Shown here piece after piece: positions 24,121 to 37,349 of a stretch of 64,000 nt of DNA (position 1 is its first letter; each line of letters opens with the position of its first letter). Both the position numbers and the translations under genes were made by a program. Location: NCBI RefSeq assembly GCF_037042905.1, contig NC_087250.1:6202001-6266000 (forward strand), written 5' to 3'. The notes beneath the pieces are model-generated. The model did not search any database. It was not told where the DNA came from and saw nothing but the letters and a program-made list of their open reading frames with translations. Source of the stretch: Lytechinus pictus (lineage: Eukaryota).

Positions 24121-27100
24121 TTCTATTTTCGATATTATATCACAGCAAATTTGACAACCCCTTTAAAAACGATGTTTTATGTTTTATTCAATTGAGAAAA
24201 AGTGAGTACCCCATAGTGTCATAACTCCTGTGGGATGGGCGATTCTACCTATGTTTTATTCGCTCTTCCATGCTTTGTTTGGTGAAATAACGCATATAGA
24301 ACCCGGCTGTACAGTCATGACAGTACTATGTGTATTTTAACGAAATTTCATCATTCTAATTTCCTGTCTAACCATGCGTACGCGAGTGTTGATTTCACGG
24401 GCGTAAATTCAGGGGGATAGGGGATACATCTATAGGGCTACCGTATTTGGACAGACGAAATACGGGACACTTCGAGATCAGATGTAGAAATGAACCTTTT
24501 AATGGGGCTACTGTCCTGATTCTCAAGTGATACAACGATCAGTAAGACTAAAATAAGTGCTGGTCTATCAATTAATAAATATATGAACAGTTACGATAAT
24601 TGTTTAATCCTTTCTTCACAATCAATTGACTTGTTACAATCTTTTTTGTTTACTATAAATCACAATCAGTGGTAGAGGTATAGTCTAGATAGAGGTATAG
24701 AGGTATAGTATGGGGGATTAAACTGAATCGTGGGGGGGGGGCAAAAAAAGGAAACAATTTTCTCGTAAAATGAACCGGGATAAGTATGATAATACAGCCT
24801 TTCATTTGATGACAGATAAGACCAATGAGTTTAAATTAGGCATATAGACATAACATTTTCATTGTATCAATTTTCTATCTCATGATGCAGTAGATGTATA
24901 AGACCATATAACGCGTCAGGGTCAAGATTTGTTCGGGTCTTTGTAGATAAGTAAAAGCGAGGGAACATAGCGATTAAGAAAGAGGTGTTTCATAATCTTA
25001 CTAGTTAAAAAATTAGAAAAAAAAATAAAACCCCTCCTCCTGATTATGAATTAAATATTGGTCCTACTCCCCTGCATCAGCGCCTGCCAAAGACACGCAC
25101 ATATTAAAGCAGGGGCGTAATAGGGGTTGATGGCCGGGGGTGGGGAAAAGCCAAAAAAAATCCCAGTTATATCATGATGTTCCATGATATGCACGCGAGA
25201 GTTGCCGGGAAGCTGTATGCGAGAGTAGCGAGATGAGTAAAAGAAAAATAAAAAAGTAATAAAGGGGACACAGCATGGCGTCTGTGGTAAAAGTATATTA
25301 GTAAAACTCCCGAGGGAGCGAAGCGAACGATAATTTTTGTCACCTCTTCTTTACAGTCTATTTAGTGATTGATTTTGACATGATATAAAAAAAAACAATC
25401 ACATTTAATTACGCTTTTTCAGCCCTTTTCTCTTCTTACCTTTTGTTCTTGGTTGTAGATCTTTTGGGGCCATGCCCCAGAACCCTTCAATTGGTCTAAA
25501 AGTACCATGTTGGTGAGGTCCTGGGGCGGAGCCCCCGAAAGTTCTCGAGATTCATCCAATTTTTTTTTTTTGCTAGGAGTTTCGTGAAGTTTACAGCCAT
25601 TTTCATTCAAATTTCGGGTATTATGTTTTAAAAACACAACGCTTATACGCAGTGACGCAATAAACCAGATATTTTGGTAGAGGCACAAAATGGGAAATGT
25701 GAACAAAATTCTAGAACGTCACGAGCGAGTGAAGTGTGCGAGAACATTTTTGGCCGTCTAAAAACGAAGTCAAAATTTTGTTATTAAAGGGGCCTATCTA
25801 GCTATTGGCTAGATTGAAAAATGAATCGAAATCAATAATAGATTTCATACACATATGCCCTCCCATTCTTTCTTCCAATTATTTGTTTTTCACTCTCGTC
25901 AGCCCGGTCTTGATCTTAATATATATATTTTTTCTCAATTGTTTTCCGATTCAATTTCCCCTAGCATTCTAGTTCATTCCATCCTACCACATTTCCTTGT
26001 TTTTTCCTCGTTTTTTCCCCTTTCCCGCCTTAAAGTCACGTTATAAATGCCCATCTCTTAATTACTCTGTTTCCCCTTTCTCACTTATTTATTAGTATTT
26101 CGGGATGATTTAGTCGTTTGTTTTTGTCATGTCCATTTTCTTCTTTTCTTCTGCTTCCGTTTTGCCATTCTCCTCTTTATGCTCTTCCTTTCGATCCTCT
26201 TCTTTTTCCTCTTTCCCTTTAATCTCTTGTTTTTCTTTCCCTTCCTTTCTTTCTTCATTCCCCACTTTTTCACCTTTTATTAAACTAAACCAAGGGGGGG
26301 ATTGCCCCCCCCCCCCCCGTCTGTAACGCCAATGCCTAATAAAAGTCGTATGAAAGAGGTAGAACAAAATACCGAGTCAAATCATATTTCATATCTCATC
26401 ATGTAACTCGCGTCCTGAAGCAAATACCGCTGTGACATTATGCGTTGCGACATGTGACGTTATGTGTTAGAAATTTACTGCGACATTATGCGTTGCGACA
26501 TGTCACGTTATAAAATAAATTAAAGAAATATAAGGTGAATCACGGTGAGAAAAAAAACAAATATATTTAATGGAAGGAAATAAAAGCAACCAACTTTTGC
26601 GCGATGCATGGACCACCAACTCGTAAACATGACGATTTTTGTATTTTCCAGCCAAATTGTACTCGCTTGGGGTACGTGGACTTGAACATTCAAACCCCTT
26701 TCGTTGAAATACACCGCAATGACACAAAGAAACGACTTTGGTTTATCATGAATTATATTATCATAAGAATAACCTATCTTCAAAATGATTCATGTATATC
26801 AGAAACCGGCAAAACAAACTTTGCGTTTGATATAGAAAACAAACAACCTCTCGTCTAATGTAGTTTGAAAATAAAAGTATAATACCACAACAACAACAGC
26901 GAATATAATCGGGTAAGCATTTAATTGTTTAGCATTTTCTACTTTCTTACAAAGAAAGCAACGCTTTTATGATAGCAAGCATGCAATATATTCACAATAG
27001 AATGGTTAAATACCGTCCATGCCAAATTTAGCTCTTTTCAACATTCGTACGATAAACGTTTTGCTCAGGAACATGAGCATCACACATCTTAAAAAGTGCA

Positions 27101-27412
27101 GTGAAGTTACTTCAGCTGTAATCTTCCAATTAGGTTTTATAAATATTTTCATGATTATCTGTTCATTGTAGCCAATGCAATCAATCGTAAGAAATGTTGT
27201 ACGATGTTTTACAAAGCTTTATATTACGGGTCCCAGATCGACAAAAGCTATTTTCGTATTTCCAATGACATATTATCGGTAGATTCAGCGTGGATTTTAT
27301 TGGTGTAACTGTATCATGAAAGGACAGTACGTCCCTCTTTAATCTGGTCAAAGAAGAAAGTCGAGTATACCGACATCATTATCGGAGATCATACGAATCA
27401 TAGGGCATTTAC

Positions 27413-28907
27413 AACTGGCGTAAATCAGTGTTGATGGGTGGGGGGGGGGGGATTACTGAAATATTTTGGCATTTTTTTGCAATCATGTTTTTAGATATGC
27501 AAGGAATTGCCATTGATATGTTCACAGTGGCGTACCGTGGGTCACGGCATGGGGGGGGGGGGCACCAGCAAAATTTTTGAATCACTGAGTGAGTGCGCTA
27601 GTGAGCGCGCTCAGTTGCCAGTTATACTGACCTAATAGAGACATTTTAAGGACTATGTCATTAAACTGATATGTATCTCACTGATCAAATAATGCGAGCG
27701 CGAAGCGCGAGCTGATTTTTTTTAATATTCACACCTAAAAAGGGACATTATAATCAAATTTGTGTAATCATGATAGGTACCTGTCTCGCTAAACAATGCG
27801 AGCGCGAAGCGCGAGCTGAAAATTTAGATAATTTAGACCTGAAGTGGGGCATTCTAAGGTTTTTTGTAAGAATTAACTAGGACCGTACGTATTTCATTAA
27901 CCAAATCATGTGAGCGCGAAGCGCGAGCTGAAAATATTTGATATTCAGATCAGAAGGGACATTTTAAGGACTGATTTTAGGAATTTATGAAAAGCAGACA
28001 TATCTCACCAATATATATATGCGAACGTAATCACGGAGAGGAAATGTTTCATATATACGAAGACCTTAACATGGGGCAATCACTTTTTGAGTCGTGAAAA
28101 AGAAGCATATGTCACTACATAAAACAATGATAACTCAAGTGCTAGGAAATATATTTGGTTTATATTGACTTGAAAACGGGATGTTTTAGTACAACAGGAT
28201 TATATATCACGTTAAACAGACAATGCGAGCACTAAGAACAATGAAGACGTAGGCCCTGGGCAAATTATGTTTCATAAAGTTATGATAAATATGTTTCTTA
28301 TGTAATGTAACATAACATAATTATAATATAATATAACATTATAATGAATAATATTTTCTTCTTTCCCACTACGTTTCTCTTCCTTTCTCCCTCTTTTCTC
28401 CTTTTCCCCTTTCCCCTTTTTTTTTGGGTCAGCCGATGGGGGGGGGGGGGGGATGTGCCCCCCATGCCCCCCGTAGTTACGCCACTGTTTGTCCATATGG
28501 CAAATACCCCTCCAATATTATTATCTTTTTTTACCCCATGATGGTTTAATGGTTTTATTAGAGATTACATTAAAAAAAATTTGACATTCCATCTTAATCC
28601 CTTCCCAAAGACCCCAACATTGATGAATTGGAAGAAACAGAGGTTTCTCTTCAATGTTATAATAAGGACATAAGTATTTCGTTTGGAAATGGTGAACTGG
28701 CTCTTTATTTGCATTTTATGATTCAATAATATTGTTTTATTTGTTAAGCGGTATTTTAGGAAGAATTTTCACCAATAAAACAATTATCTCTTGTGATTTT
28801 TTTTCATTTTTTTCGTAAAAAGTGGGGGGGGGGGGGTTGTTTGTACAGGCCATCCCCCCTCCTCGAAAAGTGGGGGGATATCCCCCCCCCCGGGATTTAC
28901 GCCAGTG
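27413..28907. mobile_element. hAT-like non-autonomous element, 8-bp TSD
   Basis: TIR (a/c)actggcgtaaatc / gatttacgccagtg. Perfect TSD gcatttac at 27405-27412 and 28908-28915. Confidence 0.85.
27525..28487. mobile_element. hAT-like non-autonomous element nested in the previous one
   Basis: TIR cagtggcgta / tacgccactg. Imperfect 8-bp TSD tatgttca/tttgtcca. Internal repeats gcgagcgcgaagcgcgagctg. Confidence 0.8.
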
Positions 28908-30119
28908 GCATTTACCAATAACCTCGCAGACGCTTTCTCGAACGGAGAAAATCTGTTGTCAAAAGCCCTTCATAACAAAACAGCCTTTGTCGAAAATCGG
29001 TGAGTGAAACATCAGTGTAGTCCTAGACTCTGCACAAACGACATATTTGCAATTTTTTCGGTCCGAATCTTGAAACGATGTGCTGTCCCCGTCCACCTAC
29101 TTTCGACCTCTTATCTGTCCATTGTGATTTGACCAACATTTTCAATAGATTCCGAACGGTGCAAAAAGCGTCTGCGAAGTGATGGTAAAAAACGATATTA
29201 ATTAATGACGCTTCATATCACAGTATCATTTGACATCTCACCTACATCTACCGATAATCATGGAATAAGATAAGCATTTCAACCCTCGGTACACATTTCA
29301 AAGCATACGAACGATAAGAAATCACGCAAGCAACCAATTCCGAAATACAACTTTATTTGAAGAAGAAGATGTATCATTTTAAGAGCGTATTAACAAACCG
29401 CTTAACGGTACCTGATTATCTTTGGTGTTTTTGTTATGAAAAATATCAAATTTTTTTTTAGATCTATTTCCAGACGGCATTGAGAAAGTGTTGGTGTTTC
29501 AACAGCCTACACAGACGATTTATCTCACTTGAACCGTATTTTTTTCTTTAATAATGGTCATTCGTACATCATTTCTTTTGTCTTTGACTCTAAATATAAA
29601 TCAACATTATTGTGATATTGAATGATAATAAAAGTAAGTCTTGAAGGTTATGTATGGAAAACCCTAGCTTTTAAGAAGTAAACCAGCCACCCCAAATTAA
29701 ACGATAAATCACAAGGGTCTTTTGTAGATATCCTAAAAGAAATTTGGTCATTAAAAAACAATTAAATAATTAGACTCCAGCAATGGTGAAAAATGGAGCG
29801 AGAATGTCCCGCTTCGCGGGGATTCACGCCAATGCCCGGCGAAGGCAATATCGTTCAGCTTGGTTTTCTTGGAAAGAGCGAGTTATTTTGCATGATAGCG
29901 TTTTTATTAGTACATGAATAATAAGCTCACGAAGTACAAGAAAAAGACAAAATAAGTCAAATTTGAGGTCCAATTATCACTTGTATTCGTCACCTATGTC
30001 ACATTTCTGCCCGAACTGTTCTCGACGGAAATCATGTTTTCTTGCGACAAGGGACCATTTTCTTTTCCACTAATTTCCCTAATCTAAGATTTTTTCCCCT
30101 TCCCTACTGTATTACAGCG

Positions 30120-30423
30120 ATGACAACACAAGGAGCTGTTACCGATGATCTTCTTTCCAAGCTGGCTGAAGACATCGAGACAGGTGAACAGATGGAGGGC
30201 TTAGGACGAACACTAGGGTTCAACGCTGCAGCCATCAATAGATACACAGAAACTAACAGACTAGAAGGACGAGTCACTTGCAAGGGAACACGTGACATGC
30301 TGTTTGACTGGAGACAGACCGTGGAGCCTGCCGACCAGCATCTCAGGCTGAAACAAGCTCTTATTGATGCTCATCTAGTCACGCTTGCTGAAACTCATCT
30401 TAAAGAGACAATAACCACTCCGG
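30120..30423 (+). CDS. NLR exon: N-terminal death domain
   Basis: Acceptor tacag|cg at 30117/30118, ATG at 30120, donor g|gtaggt at 30424. Protein: MTTQGAVTDDLLSKLAEDI...LGRTLGFNAAAINRY...DMLFDWRQ...LKQALIDAHLVTLAE. Confidence 0.9.
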
Positions 30424-31542
30424 GTAGGTTTAAAATTCCCACATTCTATATCATAAAGGTAACAAAAGAATACACATGTGTTTTGTTTTGTTTTGGTGCA
30501 TTTGGTGGATGACTGTTTGCATACTCACTCTGTCTCTCTCTCTCTCTCTCTCTCTCTGCAATCCATCATCAAGTGTCACGTTGTTTGGAAATTAATGAGT
30601 GCTTCTTTTGAAAAGTAACGAAAGCATGCTAAATGTGTGTTAATGTCTATCGTATCAGAAATCAAATTCGTATCAGATATCAAAACAATAAAACAGCATG
30701 TATAAGGAAAATTACATTTTGGGGAAAGGTGCATCATGAAGTAGATTTGTTAACATTTACAGAAACTTTTATTTTTCTATATCAGATGATACTCAAATGC
30801 AAACTTGTATGCTTTACTGAATAAACAAAATTGCATGCGTTTAGATATGCCTGTGGAATATGCGTTGCATATTTTCAAGCTTCCTTGCATACGGTGATAA
30901 TATTTGATTAAAACAACGCTCAATACTATTTTGTTTGCATTTTATGTATATGTTTTTGTCATATATTTGATTTGGAATATGTAATCGAATTGAATGGAAT
31001 TGAACAAAATGACGGATATCATATATTATATAAAGTTAGCAATCTCAAATCTACACACAAAAAAAGAAGCTAATTATACCTGTATCCAAAGAACACAATT
31101 TATTTCATTTGGAGAATTCTATTCCACCTTCTATAAAATTTTGCCGAAAGTTATTTATTGCAGCCTCGAACAAAATAAGGAGTATTATCGAGCAACCAAG
31201 AAACCAAAAAACAATTATCGGTGTCATCTGACAGAGGAGATTTTGCAGCATTCTTCATCATATAAAGAGACACAGTAACAGCTTTTCCAAAATATATTTA
31301 TTTTTTTTCATGACATGCACTCTATACTATCCACTTCAATATTACGCATTTGTCTAGTACTGAGTGTAAATATATTATCTGTGAAAAAAAGGGCTCGATA
31401 CGACGTTTTTTTTTTCACACGGGGTTATCCCTTTGATATGAATTATATCGATTTATCTTAAATCCATTCAAATTCAGATTTATTTATAAATAAAATTACA
31501 TTACAAAATGTATTGAAGTATTACATAAGGTGAGATAAAATT

Positions 31543-32363
31543 GAAGAGCTCACTTGCAAAAGGGGATGGGTCCATTTTTCATAAAATTTGATTTTTATTT
31601 CTTAATGTATAGATTTTTAGTAGCTCTATAAGATGATACCAAAGAAAAGTTGAAATTCCTATTAAAAAGTGAACTAAAATGGCAAAGAAAAATCCCTTTT
31701 TTTTTCACAAGGGGTAAGGTCCATTTCAGTTTAGTTGCAAAAGGGGTTAGGTCCACACATAATTTTTTTGGAAAAGAATATCTTCAAAAATATGAAGACA
31801 GCTAGATTTATCTTATACCCAATTTTATGTTTTCATGGTAGGGTATCATAAAAATTCAGTTTCGCATAAGAATATTGCATTATGGGAGAATTAAAAAAAA
31901 TATTTTCTTGGAGTGGACCTAATTCCTTTTGCAACTTAACTCTTCTGAAGAACTCATTTGTCAAAAGGGGTTAGGTCCATTTTTCATAAATTTTATTGTT
32001 TTCCGTCTCTAAACCTCTTAATTTTTAGTCACTCTGATGATACCAAAGATAATTTGAAATTCAAATGAAAGCGTGAATGAAAGTGGCAAAGAAAAACTAC
32101 TTTTTTAATCAAAAGAGATTGGATTCATTTCAAATACTTGCAAAAGGGGTTAGGTCCACAATGATATATTTTTTAAAAGTATAGACAAAAATTGAAGACA
32201 GGTAGATTTCTTTTATACCCAATGTTATGTTCACATGATAGGGTATATATATATCGTGACAATTTAGTTTATCTTAAGAATATTGCATTAAGTGAGAATA
32301 AAACACATGGTTTTCTCGGAATGGTCCAAAGTGGACCTAACCCCTTTTGCAACTAAACTCTTC
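31543..32363. mobile_element. Head-to-tail dimer of a ~410-bp MITE (Sola-like AWWT flanks)
   Basis: Copies at 31543-31945 and 31947-32363, each with TIR gaagarytcayttg..aaaagggg / ccttttgcaactwaactcttc. Outer flanks are aatt/aaat. Confidence 0.75.
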
Positions 32364-33852
32364 AAATATAAAACATAAAATGACACAATACACGCTATAC
32401 GGCATAAACATAATAAGAGTGTAAGGGGTAGTCAAAATGAGTTTCAGGATCAAACCGGTTTTTTTTGGTCACCAATCACCACATATCATGTACCCCAAGC
32501 ACCCTTCTTTTATGTATAGAGAGCTATGATGAAGTTAAAGTACATATTAGTAACTGCAGTGAACAACAATCATACTGAATTAAAGTTGTTTATTACAACT
32601 ATATCATTTCCCGACGAATTGAGAAATCGTTGGTCTTCTGTTTGAATTCGCATCTCTTATTAGTCTGCGGTAATCGTTAGTTTATCGTTCGTGTTTTATT
32701 GTCACACATAGTCCCTCATCGCGCTTTTGCCAAAGTGGACCGATCTCGAAAGAACCCGTAACGAAGCAACACGATGACACAACGAACAAGATTGCCCGAT
32801 CTGTTCCCTCGTCTTCGTTTCTGATCGCACGCCATATCAAACCATTGCTCACTGTTCGTTCGTCTTATTGGGTTATATCAACCCTTCGCTCGCCTTCGGC
32901 CGCAATTTTCTCAAAGAGGTGAACCGAAAATCGATATTCCTTCGCATGTCATATTTATCATTTGCTTACCGTTCGTGGATAAAATTTGACAATAGTTACT
33001 GATCGCATTATTTGACTGAAATTTTATTCGAATTCGCGTGCATTTCGTTAATTTTTCTAGTTCGTCACCGTTCGTCCGCCTACATTCGGTCAGGTGTGAG
33101 GGGGCTTTTAACAATCTATGAAACATAAATTCACATATACAAGTTATTGGTTTTCAAATGATTTAGAACAAAAAAGGGTTTAATTCTATCCGTTGAGAAT
33201 TTGTCCGGACAGTATTGAAAGGTTTATTAAATCAAAATACTTCCATGATTAATCTTGGATGCAGTCCTTTTTATGATGTCGATGAAATAACGACAATTGA
33301 CTGAAATCCCGGATATTCGATGACCTTGAAGAATGTTGACGCAGAATAACGAATATCGATGAATACAAAAGATCTATGAAGATGTTAAAGAATGGCGTCT
33401 CCGAAGATTAGGTCCTTACGACCTGACGCATTGCGTCGAATAAAACTCAAGAGTAATTCACGATTAACGACTCTGGAAAAATCATACATGTAATTTAGGG
33501 CTGACAATAACTGAAGGTGTGTACTAACTTTATAGCCCCAGAATATAATGACTGTCCTGAGTAAGAGCTCTCTGACCCAAGGACTCACCGTTGTGGGTAG
33601 GAAAACTCGAAAATTACCAAAAACTGAGGGTCATTTCTTCCTTGCTCCTCAGAACACAACCTCTCTCAAAGAGTAACAAAACAAAACTGATCCTACTCTT
33701 TGTGCACAGCAAATAGGTGCACTGTACAGTCATTAGACCTTGGGATGTCAAATGTTTATTCCACCTGTTACTAGAACTTACCAAAAAAAGGAGCTACGAG
33801 AGCTGAATACATGATAGCCCGTCCGAGTTAACGTTATTAAGTACATCGATTT

Positions 33853-34413
33853 TTGACGAGTGGATACCATGCGCGACCAAAAAACACGTAAAAAGGATGT
33901 TTTTTTTTTCAAGATAGGGCACGTTACGTACGTAACGTAATAAGGGTGTCAAAAACACTAAAATAATTAATAAAAAGGTATCTATTTTCGCTAGGAAGCT
34001 ACGTGTTTAGGGTCAAATTTGAGATGGTATAAAAAATTTAGACTAAATTGTTTTATAAAGGATGAACTTTTTGCCCCAAGAGTCAACACTATACGTGTCT
34101 AGAGTACGATTTGCGTGAGGTTTGGGAGGTGGGGCTGTACTAAACCCAACGATGTAGGTAAAATGTAAAAACTGACGACCGACCTCCGTGACATAACAAT
34201 TAAAATATTGTTGTACTTGTTTAGGGGTTCAATTCAGTGAATACTTGCCAAGAGTATCGTTTTGTTTCCAATATTTGTAAGGATATGGTTTCATCACACG
34301 CCAATACTTGTTAAGGGGTGCATTTTCAGAATATGCAAAATACGTGTTTAGGGTGCTTTTGAGACCCCATGGTCGCGCATGGTATCCACTCGTCAATGGA
34401 ACTGGCCCCCGGG
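33853..34413. mobile_element. Non-autonomous DNA transposon (CCCGGG-type terminus, EnSpm/CMC-like)
   Basis: 27-bp perfect inverted repeat ttgacgagtggataccatgcgcgacca at 33853-33879 / 34370-34396. Right end is ccccggg; left end is decayed. Confidence 0.65.
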
Positions 34414-36066
34414 ATTCTACAACTCAATCAGCAATACTGCCACCACAAGGCCAAATTTAGTAATTTATCATTATAATTTTTAGTATAATCATACATGGAT
34501 CAAAGAAATAACGAAATGAAATAAGAATATATTCACTTGTTTTTATCTTTAACAACGTTAATAATTGAAAGGAAATTTATTTTTTTTGCGAGAAAACCCA
34601 GATACTTTCCTCCATTGTTTCTGTAAATCGGACACTGGGGTCAGTATTTTAATACTGGTCAGCGGTTAGAGAAAGTCTCCTTCGAGGCTGATGATACGTC
34701 TTACATGTCTTAGGTGGCTGGAGGAAACGGCCGATGAAAGTACCTTCCGAACTAGTTCGTCAGTTACCCAGCTATTTTAGGAGCAGTTATGCGGACATTC
34801 GCCCATGATCACGGACATATGAATGGAACCAATTGTCCATTCAAATGTCCGTGTCCATGAGCGAATGTCGGCATAAGAATATTATATGGATGTCCGATTA
34901 GGAATTGCAAATGTCCATGTAGGTTGAAAGTATCCATATAGCTATATTAAATATCCGATTAGGGACCCCAAAAGTCACATAAGGAAGTAATTGTCCCATT
35001 GGAGAGAGTAATATCTCACTTTGGAAAAACGTATAGGGATTATAATTGTCCACAGTTTGAAATAATGAATACTCGAACATCATAACTTTCTCTCTTTTTT
35101 TATGTCACTCAGCTTCCCCTTTAAATGCCTGCTCTATTCAAATTTTCAGGCAATACAAGGAATTTAGGCCCCCCTCCCAGTTTCACAACTTCGCTGACCC
35201 CATTCATTTTTATCCTTATCCTTATTTTTTAATTAATTATTTATTTATTTATTTTTTGGGGGGTCTCGGCCCTTAATGTTGTTGTCTTATTCATTTTGTA
35301 GAAATGTATATAATTATTTATTCCCTTTTCATTCTATCCCCGCCCCTGTTTTGAAACCGTTTATGTCTTGGTGGGGATGGAGCGCCTTTTCGTATCAGGC
35401 TATTTTCTCTTCTTATCATTCATTCCACCTTTTTCAATGTTTCGATTCATTTGTTGTAGGCAAACAAAATGATTTCACTTACCCTATGGGTGTAAAATGT
35501 TACCATGACAACAATTTTTCTGTTCTTTGTTTACCAAATTATTTTATTACTTCCACTACGTATCGACCGCCACACAACATGATCTACAGACAATATTTAC
35601 AATATTTTAATCAAAGCCAGAATAAATCTTGACGTGGCAGGAATTTCATGATTTATATGAAAACTTCATTTTTTTGTGAACAATGTTGTTCCTTACAGTT
35701 ATGAAACCTATTCAAGTCAGTAAAATAATTACTGCTTAATTATTCTTAAGTATCCGATTGGATATAAATTTCCACAGTCTCTCCGTCATCCTCAACAGGT
35801 AATTACTATTTTTGTTCATACTCAAATGAAAATTATTTGTATGTATATTATGTCTTTATTCTTATTATGAATACATCTACACCCTTAAGATAATTAAATT
35901 GTGCCATATATGCTTAACATCTCTTCATAAAAATGCATGTTAATCGGTCAATGCGGGTTAAACAAAGCTAAAGCATGTAAAGCATGCTTGTTTATGCATG
36001 TTGCAATATGCATACACATTATGATGGTTTCGATCTAACTTTGATGGTTCATTTATGAGAAGTTGC

Positions 36067-36540
36067 ATTGTATTGTATTTATTTTCCGTCAAATAAAAAT
36101 AATAAAAACGATAGATATATTTACAATAACAAAGAAATGATCAAAAAAAAAAATACGGAGGGACTGCCCTACTCAGCGTTGATAACATATCAACGCTGTT
36201 TTACTGAGGGGGCCCTTACAGAGATATACATGTGAATATAATACCGGAAAAGAAAAACTTAGTTAACTTACGATAAAGACGTTGACAAAATGTGAAAAAA
36301 GTAAGAAAAAATGTATTTTCAATATACATAAAAGATAACAAAGTAAAAAAATGAGAATGAGGGATCTGAACTTAAAATTACAAGAAGTCTGGAAAAAATG
36401 TTTTTAAGGCCTTTTTTTAATGCATCGATATTTTCCAATAATTTCATGTGATGGGGAAGAGTATTATAAAGAGATGCACCTCTGTATTGGATAGTGCGTC
36501 GAGAATATTCTGTTTTGGGTTAGGGTAAAGCAAAGTAATG
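36067..36540 (-). mobile_element. LINE 3' end fragment (CR1/L2 group)
   Basis: Minus strand translates FALP*PKTEYSRRTIQYRGASLYNTLP...LKKGLKNIFS, followed by a 3' UTR with a hairpin and an aataaatacaatac tail. Confidence 0.7.
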
Positions 36541-36957
36541 AGAATAAGTTCATGAAAGACTGTGACTAAGGAGGCATGACCAATACAAAATGAGTTACAG
36601 AGGTTTAAGGTCCATTATTGACTGTTCAGCGGATTAAAGTAATCTACGGTATCGAATTGGATTAAGGCTATTATTTGATGTTACACAGGAGGTGTTTGGT
36701 CCTATGTCGGCAAGGTGTCGTCAATTCATTTCTACAATTCAAAGAACCTAGATCAGTGTGACATATTATGAAAAAAAATTCAGTAATACAGAAGTTACAT
36801 CTTTTTTGAGGCAGTTGAGTAAGCTTTGCACTTCTTCAGTAGTTTCTAATGGATGGAATATGGCGTGTTGCTATCTTTTAATGTCCAGACGTATTGACTG
36901 AGGGCGGTGGCATTGCTGTGACTGCTTGTTGCTTTTGTGTCCGTTATATCCGTCATT

Positions 36958-36960
<3 letters not shown>

Positions 36961-37020
<60 letters not shown>
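36961..37020. repeat. (TA)30 microsatellite
   Basis: Pure TA run. Confidence 0.97.
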
Positions 37021-37026
<6 letters not shown>

Positions 37027-37349
37027 GTCTGCTTCGATATATATATATACTGTATATACAATTTCTGCCTCCAAATTTTTTTTTTACAAATTATAGATAC
37101 ATAAAAGACAAAGAAAATGCTATGCACGTAACACAACAAAACAATTATAAACATAATTTTTCAGATTATTTTCATTTTTCTCAATATAAAAAAATAGCAT
37201 TGATATCAGAGGTACTTTTGCCATAGTGTTACTCTTTATCAAATTTGCAACAATGCATACTTATCATTTCATTTTGATTTGTATCATTATTTTGAAGGAC
37301 GGTTATCGCATTTATTTTCTTTACTGTTTTTTGTTTCTTATTATTTCAG

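Larger units (their letters stand above)
27403..29189. mobile_element. Outer MITE (~290 bp when emptied) hosting two nested hAT-like elements
   Basis: Left TIR gggcatttac|caataacctcgcagacgcttt is split by the insertion. Right TIR aaagcgtctgcgaagtgatggtaaa (~29165-29189). Confidence 0.6.

Noticed and set aside
23882..24224. YI-repeat ORFs (also 10604-10973 and 36871-37226)
   Set aside because: These are translations of microsatellites.
25110..26334. Single hAT-like element from caggggcgta to taacgccaatg
   Set aside because: Termini resemble the family at 27525, but no matching 8-bp TSD was found; probably several decayed fragments.
37226..37349. N-terminal hydrophobic extension of the 567-aa ORF (signal or TM segment)
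   Set aside because: It is the intron polypyrimidine tract; the exon starts at 37350 in phase with the death-domain exon. The same applies to 30042-30117.
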